A stretch of 25,583 nucleotides of DNA from Crocinitomicaceae bacterium (GTDB taxonomy: Bacteria; Bacteroidota; Bacteroidia; Flavobacteriales_D; Crocinitomicaceae): contig WTIB01000314.1 of NCBI GenBank assembly GCA_011522905.1, positions 1 to 25,583 of the forward strand, given 5' to 3'. Shown piece after piece: positions 25,516 through 25,583 of the stretch. Each line of letters opens with the position of its first letter. Within the stretch, counting starts at the first letter, position 1. The notes under the pieces were generated by a model. The model did no database searches, was not told where the DNA came from, and saw only the letters and a list, made by a program, of their open reading frames with translations. The translations under genes were made by a program, and so were the position numbers.

Positions 25516-25583
25516 ATCTTTATTAATTTTAAGCAAAGAAATAAAATGAGGGGTTAGAGAAGCACATAGAGAAAGAAAACGGA

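Noticed and set aside
25516-25583. Possible start or end of another gene after fbaA
   Set aside because: Only 68 nt remain; the ATG at 25546 closes after three codons and no frame can be supported.
1-25583. Defence system, toxin-antitoxin pair, prophage, IS or biosynthetic gene cluster
   Set aside because: No nuclease, integrase/transposase, phage structural, NRPS/PKS or RiPP-maturase motifs were recognised; rlmB is an RNA SPOUT methyltransferase, not a restriction-modification enzyme.

Overview
Gene-dense chromosomal housekeeping region (about 96% coding by my count with revised starts) from an AT-rich Bacteroidota, most likely Flavobacteriales (a Crocinitomicaceae-like assignment is an inference). 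Support: exact TAnnTTTG -7 promoter boxes, no obvious Shine-Dalgarno motifs, a T9SS C-terminal domain, and DUF1573 and Lacal_2735-type proteins. Contents in order: 5'-truncated PD40/OmpA protein; minus-strand run kup - MBL hydrolase - SPOR protein - paaI - marR - fadN; tRNA-Leu(GAG); FKBP-DUF1573 fusion lipoprotein; MFS transporter; upp - membrane protein - yjjG; osmC-family - rlmB; two tandem giant Asp-box (BNR/VPS10-like) beta-propeller proteins, one with a T9SS CTD; Lacal_2735-family protein; fabI; uvrB - DUF3817; a 48-aa small ORF missed by the ORF track; fbaA. I found no mobile element, CRISPR array, prophage or defence system, and I cannot claim a clearly new system. The best leads are the FKBP-DUF1573(CxC) fusion, the paired propeller proteins lacking the GH74 catalytic motif, the unannotated small ORF with its own terminator, a palindromic operator over the marR-fadN promoter, and the upp/yjjG/membrane-protein/MFS pyrimidine cluster. 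All family calls come from motif recognition by eye; no database searches were run.
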